Source: Candidatus Heimdallarchaeota archaeon (GTDB taxonomy: Archaea; Asgardarchaeota; Heimdallarchaeia; Heimdallarchaeales; Heimdallarchaeaceae). From it: a stretch of DNA of 64,000 nucleotides. Position 1 is the stretch's first letter, and the number at the start of each line of letters is the position of its first letter. The stretch spans positions 32,001-96,000 of the forward strand of contig JAHLWR010000003.1 of assembly GCA_019057815.1 (NCBI GenBank), written 5' to 3'. This document shows, piece by piece, positions 1 to 10,337 of this stretch. The translations under genes were made by a program, and so were the position numbers. Under the pieces are notes generated by a model, which made no database searches, was not told the origin of the DNA, and worked only from the letters and a program-made list of their open reading frames with translations.

Positions 1-13
1 CTTCCATTTTCAT
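1..13 (-). CDS. probable start (MKME...) of indolepyruvate:ferredoxin oxidoreductase beta subunit, running off the window edge
   Basis: ATG overlaps the iorA stop (TGATG) with GGAG upstream; iorB normally follows iorA; only 4 codons visible. Confidence 0.4.
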
Positions 14-1863
14 CACTCCACCTTTGAGATAGCTCCTGTTGGACATATCTGGGAACAAACAGAACATCCAGTACAAGTTGAAGAATCGATGACTGTATAT
101 TGTTTACCTTTCGAATTGGTATCAATACTCCATGATATTGCAGGACATTGATATCTCACAATACATGTTCCACAAGCAATACATATTTCAGGATCTGTGT
201 GGTAAACTTCGATTTTTTCTCCTTTTCTTCTAGTTCGTCTCCACCACTCATTTGCACAGATTTTTCGCATTATTATTACGGTTGGACCTTTATGTTTCAG
301 AGCTTCCTCAATAGTTTTCTTACCTTTCTCGAAATCATAGGGGTCAAATTCAACTATATATTCAACCCCTAAACCTTTAGCAACATTTTCAATTGGGATA
401 TCTTCTGTAGGGTTTGGTTGAAATCCTGTCATCGCTGTCATTCTATTATCAAGTATTAAAAGATTAAAGTTTGCTTTGTTATAAACTGCATTAGCTAAAG
501 CAGGAAGTCCTGTATGGAAAAAGGTTGAATCACCAATTATCGCGAAAATAGGTTTATCTTTTATTACTCGAGAGAATCCGCTTGCCATTCCAATAGATGC
601 TCCCATGCATACTATAGTATCTGATACCCATGGATCCAATGAATAACATCCAATATCTGAAGCGAAGATACCATCATTTTTCTTAACCACTTTTGAAAGT
701 TCATAGAATGCAGCTCGGTGTTGACATCCTGCACAAAACAAAGGTGGTCTAAAAGGAATATATTCTTCTGTTTTTGTAACAGCAACCTCAATATCTTTAA
801 AATCTGCAATTTTGCTACCAAACAAACTTTCTAACCCCTTTGCAACAAGGTACGCATTTAATTCATGATATCTTTTTGTAATTCCATTGCATTTTCCATG
901 AATTTTTGGAGTAATTCCATTTTGTACAAGTAATGCTGAAATTCTATCCTCAAGGTAAGGGTCAACTTCTTCTATGAAAATAATGTTCTCTTTAGATTTT
1001 GCAAATTTAAGTATTGATTTTTCATCTAGGGGTGAAACTATACCTAGTTTGAGTATTGGGATATCTGCATTTAACATTAGTAGAGCATCTTTAACATATG
1101 AGTAAGAAATTCCTGATGTAATAATACCAAATTGGTTATCCTCTGGTCCTTCAATTCTAGTTAACCCACTCTCAGGAATCCATTCTTTGATTGTCTCATT
1201 TTTCTCTAGTAATTTAGGATGATTAGCTCTTGCAATTCCAGGTAAACACTTAAATCGCGGTGATTTTTCCAGCTCTCCATCTCGATAGGTTGTCTCGAAT
1301 TTGTTGAATTGAACATCAGCTCTAGCATGAGATATCCTAGTAGTTGTTCTTAATAACATTGGTATCTCAAATTTTTCACTTATTTCAAAAGCCATCTTTG
1401 TAAATTCTTTAGCCTCTTGTGGTGATGAAGGTTCTAATATAGGAAAATTAGCTGAAACTCCTAACCATCTTGAATCTTGTTCATTCTGACTACTAAAGCA
1501 GTGTGGGTCATCACCTACTACTGTTACGAAGCCTCCTTTACAACCCATATATAGCGCAGAATAGAATACATCTGCAGCTACATTTAGCCCTACATGTTTA
1601 CACGCAATCATAGATCTTACACCACTGATTGATGCAGCATAAGCTACTTCCATGGAAACTTTCTCGTTTGTACTCCACTCAGCATAAAACCCTAGTTCAG
1701 GAGCAGCTGCAATTAAAGCCATACTTATTTCACTGCTAGGTGTTCCTGGATAAGCAGCAAAAACTTGTACTCCAGCTTCTATGGCTCCTCTAGCTATTGC
1801 TTCATTTCCAAGAACTAAAACTCGTTTTTCCTCATTTTCTATGAGCTCTTCTACCCTTACCAT
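13..1863 (-). CDS. iorA: indolepyruvate:ferredoxin oxidoreductase alpha subunit
   Basis: LGNEAIARGA..YPGTPSSE, NEKV, KHVGLNVAAD, SSQNEQD, RPP.C.GC.HR, DIGCY, GDSTFFH; C-terminal 2x[4Fe-4S] motifs. Confidence 0.95.
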   Translation of the reverse strand: MVRVEELIENEEKRVLVLGNEAIARGAIEAGVQVFAAYPGTPSSEISMALIAAAPELGFYAEWSTNEKVSMEVAYAASISGVRSMIACKHVGLNVAADVFYSALYMGCKGGFVTVVGDDPHCFSSQNEQDSRWLGVSANFPILEPSSPQEAKEFTKMAFEISEKFEIPMLLRTTTRISHARADVQFNKFETTYRDGELEKSPRFKCLPGIARANHPKLLEKNETIKEWIPESGLTRIEGPEDNQFGIITSGISYSYVKDALLMLNADIPILKLGIVSPLDEKSILKFAKSKENIIFIEEVDPYLEDRISALLVQNGITPKIHGKCNGITKRYHELNAYLVAKGLESLFGSKIADFKDIEVAVTKTEEYIPFRPPLFCAGCQHRAAFYELSKVVKKNDGIFASDIGCYSLDPWVSDTIVCMGASIGMASGFSRVIKDKPIFAIIGDSTFFHTGLPALANAVYNKANFNLLILDNRMTAMTGFQPNPTEDIPIENVAKGLGVEYIVEFDPYDFEKGKKTIEEALKHKGPTVIIMRKICANEWWRRTRRKGEKIEVYHTDPEICIACGTCIVRYQCPAISWSIDTNSKGKQYTVIDSSTCTGCSVCSQICPTGAISKVE

Positions 1864-1931
1864 ACAAATCTAATCCGGAATTATTTTTACTCAATAAAAA
1901 AATTGTGTAAGGGAGATTAACTCTTTTTTGA

Positions 1932-3740
1932 TTAATCAATAATGTTACCTGTAATCTGAGTTTGGTAAAGATTGAAATATTTACCTTTCTTCTGTAGTAA
2001 TTGATCGTGTGTGCCTTCTTCCACAATTTTTCCTTCGTCAATAACAATAATCTTTGATGCACTCTTAATTGTGCTTAATCTGTGTGCAATAATGATTGAT
2101 GTTCGATTTTTTAAAATGTAATCAATTCCTTTTTGTATTAAGGACTCAGTGATTGGATCAATACTTGAAGTGCATTCGTCTAAAATTAAAATTCTAGGGT
2201 CTGCTATTACAGCTCTAGCAAGAGAAATTAATTGTCGTTGACCTAAGCTCAAACGAGAACCACCTTCTCTTACATCAGTTTTGTAGCCTTCTGGCATTTT
2301 TGTAATGTAACTGTGCAAACCAAGAGTCTCACAAACGCTGTAGACCTTTTCATCTTTAGCTTTCTTATTACCAAATTTCAGATTCTCGATAATAGTTCCA
2401 GAGAATAGGAACACATCTTGTGGCACTATAGCAATATTTTTTCTCAAATTCGTTAGTTCTATCTCCTTGATATTATACCCATCAACTAGAAGTTCACCCT
2501 TTGAGACATCATAATACCTAGCGAGAAGTTTAGTGATAGTCGTCTTTCCAGCCCCTGTACGACCAACAAGAGCAATGCTTTGACCAGGTTCTATTACAAG
2601 TTGAATATTATTTAAGATTGGAACATCAATATTATAATTAAAATCTACTGACTTAAATTCAATGTGTCCCTTGATGTTTTCTAATATAATAGGATTCTCA
2701 CAATTTTTGATTTTGACGTCTTCGTCAAGAATCTCAAAAATCCTTTCTCCCGCCGCGAATCCCGATTGAATCAAAGTGTAGAAAGTGAAAAGATTCATTA
2801 TTGGATTGAAGAACATACTCGAGTACATGAGGAAAGCGAAGAGTTCTCCATAAGTAATATCACCAAATTTTAGAGCGTAACCCCCATAAATCAAAATGAT
2901 TGTAGTTCCAATTGCTGCAACAACCTGAATTATTGGCATAAATAATGAAGATATTCCTGCAGCTTCAACATTGGCTGAAAAGGTTTCTTTGTTTAGATCT
3001 CGAAATTTCTGAATATTCTCATCTTCTCTGGAAAGTGTTTTTGTAACTTTTGCACTTTGTATTGTTTCTTGAAGATTAGCTGTGACTTTCGCAATTGCCA
3101 CTCTAGTTCTCCTGTATGCTCCTCTAACTCTGTTTTTAAAAACTATAACGACAATAAAAAGGATTGGGACTACGGTGAAAGTGAATAGAGTCATTTTGGT
3201 GTCATAAGAGAACATTATTCCTATAATCCATCCAAGGCTGAATAAATCTGCAAAAATATCAATTATCCCACTGGTTAAAAGCTCCCCAAGAGCGTCAACA
3301 TCATTAGTTACCTTCGAAATTGTTCTACCAGATTCTGTTTCTGTAAAGTATTCCTGACTCTGAAACTGTAATTTGGAAAATACATCATTTCTAATACGAA
3401 AAATTATTCTTTGACCTAATTTTGCAAACATGATACTTCTGGTAAGAGTAAGTACAAAATTAAGTACTATAAAGAGCAAAAAAAGCCCAGCCATTATAGC
3501 TATTTCGGGTTTAAAACCTATATTGTTTGGTTTGATAAATAAATCGATAATTTTCTGAAGGAGCATTGGAACAAGGGTAGCGAAAATGGAAGTTGCGATT
3601 ACAATGAGTAATAAAGAAATTGCTTCTGGTAGATAGTATCTGAAAAGTCCTAAAACCAACTTGAACAAATCTAAATCAGAATACTTCCTATCTCTCTCTT
3701 CTTCTTCTCGTCTCATTGCGCGAAAAGCATGCCAAGCCAT
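1932..3740 (-). CDS. ABC exporter, fused permease/ATPase (heterodimer subunit)
   Basis: N-terminal TM domain; Walker A GRTGAGKT, signature LSLGQRQ, Walker B ILILDE. Confidence 0.93.
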   Translation of the reverse strand: MAWHAFRAMRREEEERDRKYSDLDLFKLVLGLFRYYLPEAISLLLIVIATSIFATLVPMLLQKIIDLFIKPNNIGFKPEIAIMAGLFLLFIVLNFVLTLTRSIMFAKLGQRIIFRIRNDVFSKLQFQSQEYFTETESGRTISKVTNDVDALGELLTSGIIDIFADLFSLGWIIGIMFSYDTKMTLFTFTVVPILFIVVIVFKNRVRGAYRRTRVAIAKVTANLQETIQSAKVTKTLSREDENIQKFRDLNKETFSANVEAAGISSLFMPIIQVVAAIGTTIILIYGGYALKFGDITYGELFAFLMYSSMFFNPIMNLFTFYTLIQSGFAAGERIFEILDEDVKIKNCENPIILENIKGHIEFKSVDFNYNIDVPILNNIQLVIEPGQSIALVGRTGAGKTTITKLLARYYDVSKGELLVDGYNIKEIELTNLRKNIAIVPQDVFLFSGTIIENLKFGNKKAKDEKVYSVCETLGLHSYITKMPEGYKTDVREGGSRLSLGQRQLISLARAVIADPRILILDECTSSIDPITESLIQKGIDYILKNRTSIIIAHRLSTIKSASKIIVIDEGKIVEEGTHDQLLQKKGKYFNLYQTQITGNIID

Positions 3741-5557
3741 TAATATTCCTCCTTATGAATATCTTCTTTTTCTATTAGTGTAACTTTCTGGTTATCGTAA
3801 GATTCTGCAAGCGTGGCGTAAATATCTTGATAAAGACCTTTTTGATTTATTAAATCATCATGATTTCCATCTTGTATTATTTCTCCTTCATCAAAAACAA
3901 GTATTCTATCAGCATATTTTACAGAAGAAATTCTTTGACTGATTATTATCGTTGTTCTCCCTTTACTCAAAATATCAAGTGATTCTTGTATCAGAGCTTC
4001 AGTTTCTGCGTCAACAGAAGCAGTACTATCATCAAAAATAAGAAGAGATGGGTCTGTTAGAAGTGTTCGAGCAATGCTAATTCGTTGTTTTTGTCCACCA
4101 GAAAGCGTTATCCCTCTGTCTCCTACTCGAGAATCATAGCCTTCAGGTAATGAAATAATGAAATCATGAATGTTAGCTGTTCTTGCAGCTTTTTCTATTT
4201 CTTCATCTGATGCGTTAGGTTTTCCAAATGCAATATTTTCTTTCATAGAATCATTGAATAAGAAGGTATCTTGTAATACTAAGCCAATTTGTTTTCTTAG
4301 AGGTTTTAATTGGTAGTTTTTAATATTAATTCCATCAATTTTAATTTCACCTTGAATAGGATCATAAAATCGTTGCAATAGACTTACAAACGAACTTTTT
4401 CCACTTCCTGTACCTCCCATGAGAACAATTTTCTGTCCTGATGGTATAACAATACATATATTTCTCAATATTGGATTATTTTTCTCATATTCAAACCAAA
4501 CATTCTCATAGTTAATTTTACCTTGTAATTTAGGTGGAATAATAGCATCGGGGTCTTCTTGGATTTCTCTTTTAGCAGAAAGAAGTTCCATTAAACGATC
4601 TCCTGAAGCTAGAGCTCTTTGGACAACTCCAATTACCATAGTGAGTTGTCTAGTTGGCATAGGTAAAATCATTAAATAAAAAATAAAAGAAAGAAAAACA
4701 CCAAGTTTCATTGTGTTCTCTGCGACTGCAAAACCACCTAGAAACAACACTAGTGATGTTCCTAAACCGATAAGGAGAGTCATCGTTCCAAAATAAATAG
4801 ATCGATAAACTTGAGCCTTTATTCTTAAATTCATGTATTTTTCGTTTTCTGATGTAAATTTCTCAATTTCATTTTCTTCTTGAGCAAATCCTCTAACAAC
4901 ATGTATTCCTGTAACATTTTCCTGCAAAACAGACGTAACAACCCCAAACTGCGTCCTAGACTGATAAAATATTGGTCTTACTTTGTTGGAAAACCAAAAG
5001 ACTAACCAAATAAAAACTGGAAAGAATCCTACCATTATTAACCCTAATTTCCAGCTCATCACAATCATTGCTGTATAACTACCAACAAATAGGATAACAC
5101 CATTGAGAAGAAGGCGAAGAGTAAATGATATGAAACTAGAAATAGCGTTCAGATCAGTTGTTACTCTAGTCATGATTTGCCCAGTACTTTCCTCATCATA
5201 ATATTCCATTGTCAACTGTTGAAGAAGTTCATAGATATCGTCTCGAAGTTCTAAAGTGATTTTTTGGGCTAATAACGCGGCATAATAACGACTAATAAAT
5301 TGCAACAAACCCGCTATAATTGCAACAAGTAGGACACTTAACCCAAGAATCCATAATAAAAACAGATTTCCTTTAGGGATTGCATCGTCGACTATATATC
5401 TGATTAATTGCGGAGTAACAAGACCTATAAGTGCTGCTACAAATGAAACAACTGATACAAATAGTAAAAATAGTGGTCGTTTGAGTAGATACGGTTTAAG
5501 TATTCTAAAGATTTCTTTAGCTGAATGAATCCGTTCACGATTATCAAGCCAAGACAT
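3740..5557 (-). CDS. ABC exporter, fused permease/ATPase (heterodimer subunit with non-canonical Walker B)
   Basis: GGTGSGKS, LSGGQKQR, Walker B DD instead of DE and SQR instead of AHR, as in TM287/288-type heterodimers; stop overlaps partner start. Confidence 0.92.
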   Translation of the reverse strand: MSWLDNRERIHSAKEIFRILKPYLLKRPLFLLFVSVVSFVAALIGLVTPQLIRYIVDDAIPKGNLFLLWILGLSVLLVAIIAGLLQFISRYYAALLAQKITLELRDDIYELLQQLTMEYYDEESTGQIMTRVTTDLNAISSFISFTLRLLLNGVILFVGSYTAMIVMSWKLGLIMVGFFPVFIWLVFWFSNKVRPIFYQSRTQFGVVTSVLQENVTGIHVVRGFAQEENEIEKFTSENEKYMNLRIKAQVYRSIYFGTMTLLIGLGTSLVLFLGGFAVAENTMKLGVFLSFIFYLMILPMPTRQLTMVIGVVQRALASGDRLMELLSAKREIQEDPDAIIPPKLQGKINYENVWFEYEKNNPILRNICIVIPSGQKIVLMGGTGSGKSSFVSLLQRFYDPIQGEIKIDGINIKNYQLKPLRKQIGLVLQDTFLFNDSMKENIAFGKPNASDEEIEKAARTANIHDFIISLPEGYDSRVGDRGITLSGGQKQRISIARTLLTDPSLLIFDDSTASVDAETEALIQESLDILSKGRTTIIISQRISSVKYADRILVFDEGEIIQDGNHDDLINQKGLYQDIYATLAESYDNQKVTLIEKEDIHKEEY

Positions 5558-5682
5558 CTTGGTTCAAGTATTTTTATTAACGATATAAAATTGTTGATAA
5601 ATAAGAAATAACAATGTGAGTGATTCTAAAGATAGTGGGTATATGTTTGACTTAGATAGATTATCGTCAATGTTCAATAATC

Positions 5683-5690
5683 TTTATAAA
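5683..5690 (+). promoter_or_regulatory. candidate TATA box for the surface-protein pair
   Basis: TTTATAAA about 47 bp upstream of ATG 5737; GAGG SD-like sequence before the start. Confidence 0.4.
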
Positions 5691-5736
5691 TGTCAAGATA
5701 GAGGAAGTTTTAAGATACAGATATTGAGGAAACAGC

Positions 5737-6549
5737 ATGAAACATTTCAGAGTACTTGAATTAATTTTAATTTTGATGCTTTTAATGGGAACTTTAGGAT
5801 TTAATACAACATTCGCAGACACAGATGAAGAAGAAATTGATTGGGGGTATACTGGATTAATTAAAACTCAATCAGACAGATTAAAATTAGAAAGTAGTTA
5901 CGATCCATATTGTATACAACTACATCTTTTCTTATTGAATGATACTGAAGAAGAAGAACCAACAATACGTCTAGTAGCAATATATGGCATTCGACCAATT
6001 TGGAATGCTCCTCTCTACTCTGAAAATTTTGATATTACAAGTGCAGGTGCGATATATAAATTCAAACTTCATGCTGATAAAGGAGTTACTTGGACTAATA
6101 TCACAACTTTTGATGTAAATAACACTGAATACAATCCTGATATTGCTCTTTTTATAGAGATAATTCGAATTAGATTATATAAGCATCCTGAATTTTTTGG
6201 TGGGTCAGAAGAAACTATGACTGCAAATTTAACACAAACAATTCATTTAGCAAATCTTACCACAAATGTAGGCGAAGTTGGATTGTGGGAGCAAGTTAGA
6301 AAAGATGGAACAATTATACGAGGAACATTCCATACTTACGGCTATGAAGAACCATTATATGAGGATGAGGAAATCGGTTATAAATGGCCTGATTATAATA
6401 TAACAATTGCCACTGATTTATATCGTTCGTCACTTCCACGTATTCATTCATTTAGAGTAGCATTTCCTTTCCTTTCCTTTTCTTTCGCACTAGGAACAGC
6501 AGCAATATTAATTACACTATTTTCTAACATCAGGAGAAGAAAAAGATGA
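5737..6549 (+). CDS. secreted/membrane-anchored hypothetical protein (paralogue 1)
   Basis: signal peptide, acidic N-terminus, several NxT sequons, C-terminal TM helix plus RRRKR tail. Confidence 0.8.
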   Translation: MKHFRVLELILILMLLMGTLGFNTTFADTDEEEIDWGYTGLIKTQSDRLKLESSYDPYCIQLHLFLLNDTEEEEPTIRLVAIYGIRPIWNAPLYSENFDITSAGAIYKFKLHADKGVTWTNITTFDVNNTEYNPDIALFIEIIRIRLYKHPEFFGGSEETMTANLTQTIHLANLTTNVGEVGLWEQVRKDGTIIRGTFHTYGYEEPLYEDEEIGYKWPDYNITIATDLYRSSLPRIHSFRVAFPFLSFSFALGTAAILITLFSNIRRRKR

Positions 6550-7313
6550 AAAAGCAATACCTATACCTTATTACACTTCTTTCTGTAATTTTAGTTGTTT
6601 CCACATCATTTTGCAGTATTTTACCTGTAAATGCAGCTGAAGAAGAAGAAGAAGAATGGGACTTTACTGGAGAAATCAGTATTGATAGTGACATTTTTTA
6701 TAGAGCAATGTATAATCCAATAGAGGACGGAGGTCTAAACGAAACAATTAATGGATATGAAAGACCTGTTATTTTCGTTAAAATCATAGGTTTAGATACT
6801 GATGCTAACGCAAAAATGGATATGTATATTGGGTTATATGGTATAATTACTTACGATGTTGATCATCTGGGATATGAAGAAAATACAGATTTGTTCATTA
6901 TAATAATGGGTACAACATGGAAATTAAGAATCCCTGAAGAATCACCACTTCACTGGGAAGTTCTTTACTACCCAAATCCAGTGTATATGGAAATAAATCC
7001 TAAAAGAAAAATTCCAATCATGTTCATTAATTTGACTAAAAACGTAGGTGTTAATCTAGAATACCAAATAGAGACTGGGAAAACTGCAGAAATTGGCAAT
7101 TTTACAACATTTGGATCAGGAAACCCACTACATCCCGATGTCCCCGCTTTTCCAGAATACAATACCACTGTTGCTCTATATACTGACACAATTCTTATCG
7201 GTGAATATACAAATACAGGATTCTTTGATAGTACATTGAGTTTTATAACTATCATATCTCTATCCTTCGTGACTCTCTATATCTGGAGAAAGAAAAGAAA
7301 AGCAGCAAAATAA
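6546..7313 (+). CDS. secreted/membrane-anchored hypothetical protein (paralogue 2)
   Basis: signal peptide, EEEEEEWDFTG, C-terminal TM plus RKKRK; shares EEE.W..TG, NLT.NVG, G.F.T.G...PL and P.YN.T.A with the upstream gene; ATGA overlap. Confidence 0.8.
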   Translation: MKKQYLYLITLLSVILVVSTSFCSILPVNAAEEEEEEWDFTGEISIDSDIFYRAMYNPIEDGGLNETINGYERPVIFVKIIGLDTDANAKMDMYIGLYGIITYDVDHLGYEENTDLFIIIMGTTWKLRIPEESPLHWEVLYYPNPVYMEINPKRKIPIMFINLTKNVGVNLEYQIETGKTAEIGNFTTFGSGNPLHPDVPAFPEYNTTVALYTDTILIGEYTNTGFFDSTLSFITIISLSFVTLYIWRKKRKAAK

Positions 7314-7364
7314 CTTTTCTACCCAAAAAAACTTAATATATTGCAAAGAGCAAGCTACTAATGA

Positions 7365-8105
7365 GTGCTGATGTCAATAATTAACGTTGATATTTATTTA
7401 GCTAGTATATTGCTCACAATAATCAGTTCTCTTATAATACTCACACTCATAATCCCTAATTTCCTTAAGCTTACAAGAAAAACTAAAATATTGATACAAT
7501 CGTTTCTTCTTCTTCTATTTCTTGTAGGTTTAATTTTATTTTCACAAGGAATTAAGGATATGTACTTTTTCCTTGGAGCAGCTTGTGGAATAGGTTTCAT
7601 GTTAAATGGTTTAATACAGAAAAATAATCACAAATATATTTCATTTATCATGTTTTTTATTTCATTTTCATTCGTATTTCTCTCCTTAGGACAGACACTC
7701 CTCTTTTTAATGACGTTAATCTTTTCATATGCTTTATTTATTTCTTTAACTGCTTTTAAATTATTTAAAGAAAGACCTTTAGATATACTAGAGTCAAGCG
7801 AAACGAATTCTATAAAAATCATAAAGTTGGTTTTACTAATTGTTTTTGGGACAATATTCGGATACATTATTAGTATTAATTTCACTGATTTCATTGAAAT
7901 CTTAACGTTAGAGGTCACTGATTTCATTGAAATCTTAACATTAGAGGGACCAATAATCAAACATGTTATCATATATTCCACTTTTTATACTACTGATTTG
8001 TTTATTATTCTAAGCGCATTCTTTCTATTTATATGTGCAACAATTTTTATTGACATTTCTTTAAAAACACGAATGAAAAGGAAGGAAGAGCAATGGTACT
8101 ACTAA
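7365..8105 (+). CDS. divergent NuoJ-like membrane subunit with extra N-terminal TM helices
   Basis: SFVFLSLGQTLLFLMTLIFSYALFISL resembles NuoJ SGVFFSLGAYFAGALEIIVYAGAIMVL; position directly before K-L-M-N-like genes. Confidence 0.6.
   Translation: MLMSIINVDIYLASILLTIISSLIILTLIIPNFLKLTRKTKILIQSFLLLLFLVGLILFSQGIKDMYFFLGAACGIGFMLNGLIQKNNHKYISFIMFFISFSFVFLSLGQTLLFLMTLIFSYALFISLTAFKLFKERPLDILESSETNSIKIIKLVLLIVFGTIFGYIISINFTDFIEILTLEVTDFIEILTLEGPIIKHVIIYSTFYTTDLFIILSAFFLFICATIFIDISLKTRMKRKEEQWYY
7882..7947 (+). repeat. 33-bp tandem duplication (2 copies, 1 mismatch), in frame
   Basis: tcactgatttcattgaaatcttaac[g/a]ttagagg x2, encoding TDFIEILTLE twice. Confidence 0.97.
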
Positions 8106-8371
8106 TTCACCTAATTGCACTAGCTTGCATCAGCTTCATAGTAGGTTTATTTACATTATTATATTCTTCAAACACACTAAAAACCTCTTTTGGTTTTTTA
8201 CTTCTTTACACTTCTGGGATACTTTTTGTATCTAGCTTTTCTATCACTCCACAAATTCTAACGTTCTTCGGTCTTGGATTCTTTACTATATTAATGATAT
8301 TTTACTTCAATTTTCATGATTACTTGATCTTTAGTAATATAAAAAAGGAAAAGGGTGAAACAGATGTTTAA
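8093..8371 (+). CDS. divergent NuoK-like (ND4L) subunit
   Basis: 92 aa, 3 TM; HLIALACISFIVGLFTLLYSSN aligns with NuoK [22 protein letters not shown]; both TM glutamates absent. Confidence 0.7.
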   Translation: MVLLIHLIALACISFIVGLFTLLYSSNTLKTSFGFLLLYTSGILFVSSFSITPQILTFFGLGFFTILMIFYFNFHDYLIFSNIKKEKGETDV

Positions 8372-10337
8372 CTTAGCTTCGCTTCTTGGAATCCAAATAC
8401 TCATTCTTTTTCTTATCCCTTCGTTAAAATGGTTATTATCAAAAATTAGCATTTTAAAGAATGAAAAACCTAAGTTTACTCTTGGAGCTTTTCTTTCAGC
8501 AAACATTGTCTTTACAATTAGTTATTTTATAATCTTTTTAATCAGCTATTTCAAGGGTAACGATCTTATCCTATCGAAATTTGAATGGTTTAAAATAGGT
8601 AACCTTTCCTTTGAAATAGGATTTAATGTTTCATTGTTGCAGATATTGTTTTATTTTGTAATTATGGTATCTGTAAGCATATTCGTAATATATTATGAAC
8701 ATAGATTCCAGTTATGGCAAAGATATTTAGAAGTTAGATTGCCCTATCTTCTGGTAGCTCTAATATTCTTCATTTTCTCTCCAAACATCTTTCAACTTCT
8801 CTTATCTCTGCTAGTGATTGAATCTTTATTAATTGAGGTAACTCGTTCTCGAGATTTGAATAATGAATCTGATACAAATCATAGTATTAGACATACATTA
8901 TTCACATTGATTCTTAGTAATATATTCATTTTTACATCGTCAATACTGTTGCTTTCAAAAATTTTTACATCGTCAATACCGTTGCTTTCAAAAACAATGT
9001 CATTTGATTTTCAGATTATTCAAGCATATTTATCAGCGGAAGAATCCAATCTATATACATCTAATTATTATTCCGTTATTGCCATTCTTTTTTTCATAGG
9101 TATTATCGCTAAAACTTCTCTTTTTCCATTCCATTCATGGAAAAATAAGGTGTGTGCGAGTGAATCTCATGCAAATTTCATATTTTTGATAATTTATTTC
9201 CCTTTAACATTATTTGCTGTATTAAGCACTCCTCTAATTTTTATAATTAAGGTCATTCCCTCGTTTATTACTTGGTATACTATAGTAATTAGTTTAATCC
9301 CAGCACTATTTATTCAGTTTATTCAGGAGGAAAAAGAATTACTCAGATTCGAATCATCTGTTTACATAGGTCTAACTTTTTTCGCTGCGGGAATTGGTAG
9401 CCTAAACTCAGCTTTTCACATGTTACTTGTTTATCCAATTGTTTTTGGCATTATGATTATTTTTTCTTCTCTTAATAATGAAAAACCTTCACAAGTAGAA
9501 AGAACAACAAGAATTAAGTTTTTAGAGACTTTACGGATATCAAACTGGTTTATTGCTTTTATAGTTATTATTGGTGTAGCACCTTTTAATAGTATAATAT
9601 TAGCTGTTTCCCAATCATTGGAAACAACAAAAGTAGCATTTCCTCCTGGCTTATTTGCAATAGGTCTACTACTTTTATCACTATTATTTTCTTCAAATGT
9701 CCATAAGACAAGATCTAAGTTGAAATCACTGAAGCGGATAGATGGCCATCTAGATGTTGTTGTAGTGAGTATTCTATCAACATTACTAATTCTTCTTGCA
9801 TTAATTTTTCCAATATTCAATCTACTTCCACTTTACTCTATTGAGGTAGAAGTTGTACCACATATACTTGCGACAGTTATCTCCCTTGTTATACTTTTTT
9901 TGATTATATTAGTAATGCATGTTATAATACCGAAAAAATTCACTCAACTTACTTCAAGAATGACAAAGTTATCGTTGTCCGTTATAAATTTTATAAGAAA
10001 AGTATACTATTTCGATTTTATGTTTAGATTTTTCAAGTGGTTTTACGAAAAGTCAGTAATTCCATTCTTCTTGTGGGTGAACACAAATATTGTTGAAGGT
10101 TTTATCATAGGTTTTCTCTACATGTACATTTCTGTGTTTTTATCTAATCTAGTAACGACAATAGAAATTTTTCTGATTAAAAGCCTATTCCCCGTGGTAA
10201 AACGATTCTTCATAAAATTTTCAGTGTTTTTACGAAGATTCGAAAAAACTACCATAAAAAACCAGATTCTAGTAATTTTCTCGTTTTTAGCATTAATGAT
10301 TTGTATATTTCTTATTATATTATATGTAGGTGAATAA
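8355..10337 (+). CDS. divergent NuoL/MrpA-like antiporter subunit
   Basis: 660 aa; FEWFKIGNLSFEIGF beta-hairpin, AKTSLFPFHSW (cf. GKSAQxPLHxW), C-terminal amphipathic helix with YYFD. Confidence 0.8.
   Translation: MKQMFNLASLLGIQILILFLIPSLKWLLSKISILKNEKPKFTLGAFLSANIVFTISYFIIFLISYFKGNDLILSKFEWFKIGNLSFEIGFNVSLLQILFYFVIMVSVSIFVIYYEHRFQLWQRYLEVRLPYLLVALIFFIFSPNIFQLLLSLLVIESLLIEVTRSRDLNNESDTNHSIRHTLFTLILSNIFIFTSSILLLSKIFTSSIPLLSKTMSFDFQIIQAYLSAEESNLYTSNYYSVIAILFFIGIIAKTSLFPFHSWKNKVCASESHANFIFLIIYFPLTLFAVLSTPLIFIIKVIPSFITWYTIVISLIPALFIQFIQEEKELLRFESSVYIGLTFFAAGIGSLNSAFHMLLVYPIVFGIMIIFSSLNNEKPSQVERTTRIKFLETLRISNWFIAFIVIIGVAPFNSIILAVSQSLETTKVAFPPGLFAIGLLLLSLLFSSNVHKTRSKLKSLKRIDGHLDVVVVSILSTLLILLALIFPIFNLLPLYSIEVEVVPHILATVISLVILFLIILVMHVIIPKKFTQLTSRMTKLSLSVINFIRKVYYFDFMFRFFKWFYEKSVIPFFLWVNTNIVEGFIIGFLYMYISVFLSNLVTTIEIFLIKSLFPVVKRFFIKFSVFLRRFEKTTIKNQILVIFSFLALMICIFLIILYVGE
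8928..8993 (+). repeat. 33-bp tandem duplication (2 copies, 1 mismatch), in frame
   Basis: atttttacatcgtcaatac[t/c]gttgctttcaaaa x2, encoding IFTSSI[L/P]LLSK twice. Confidence 0.97.
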
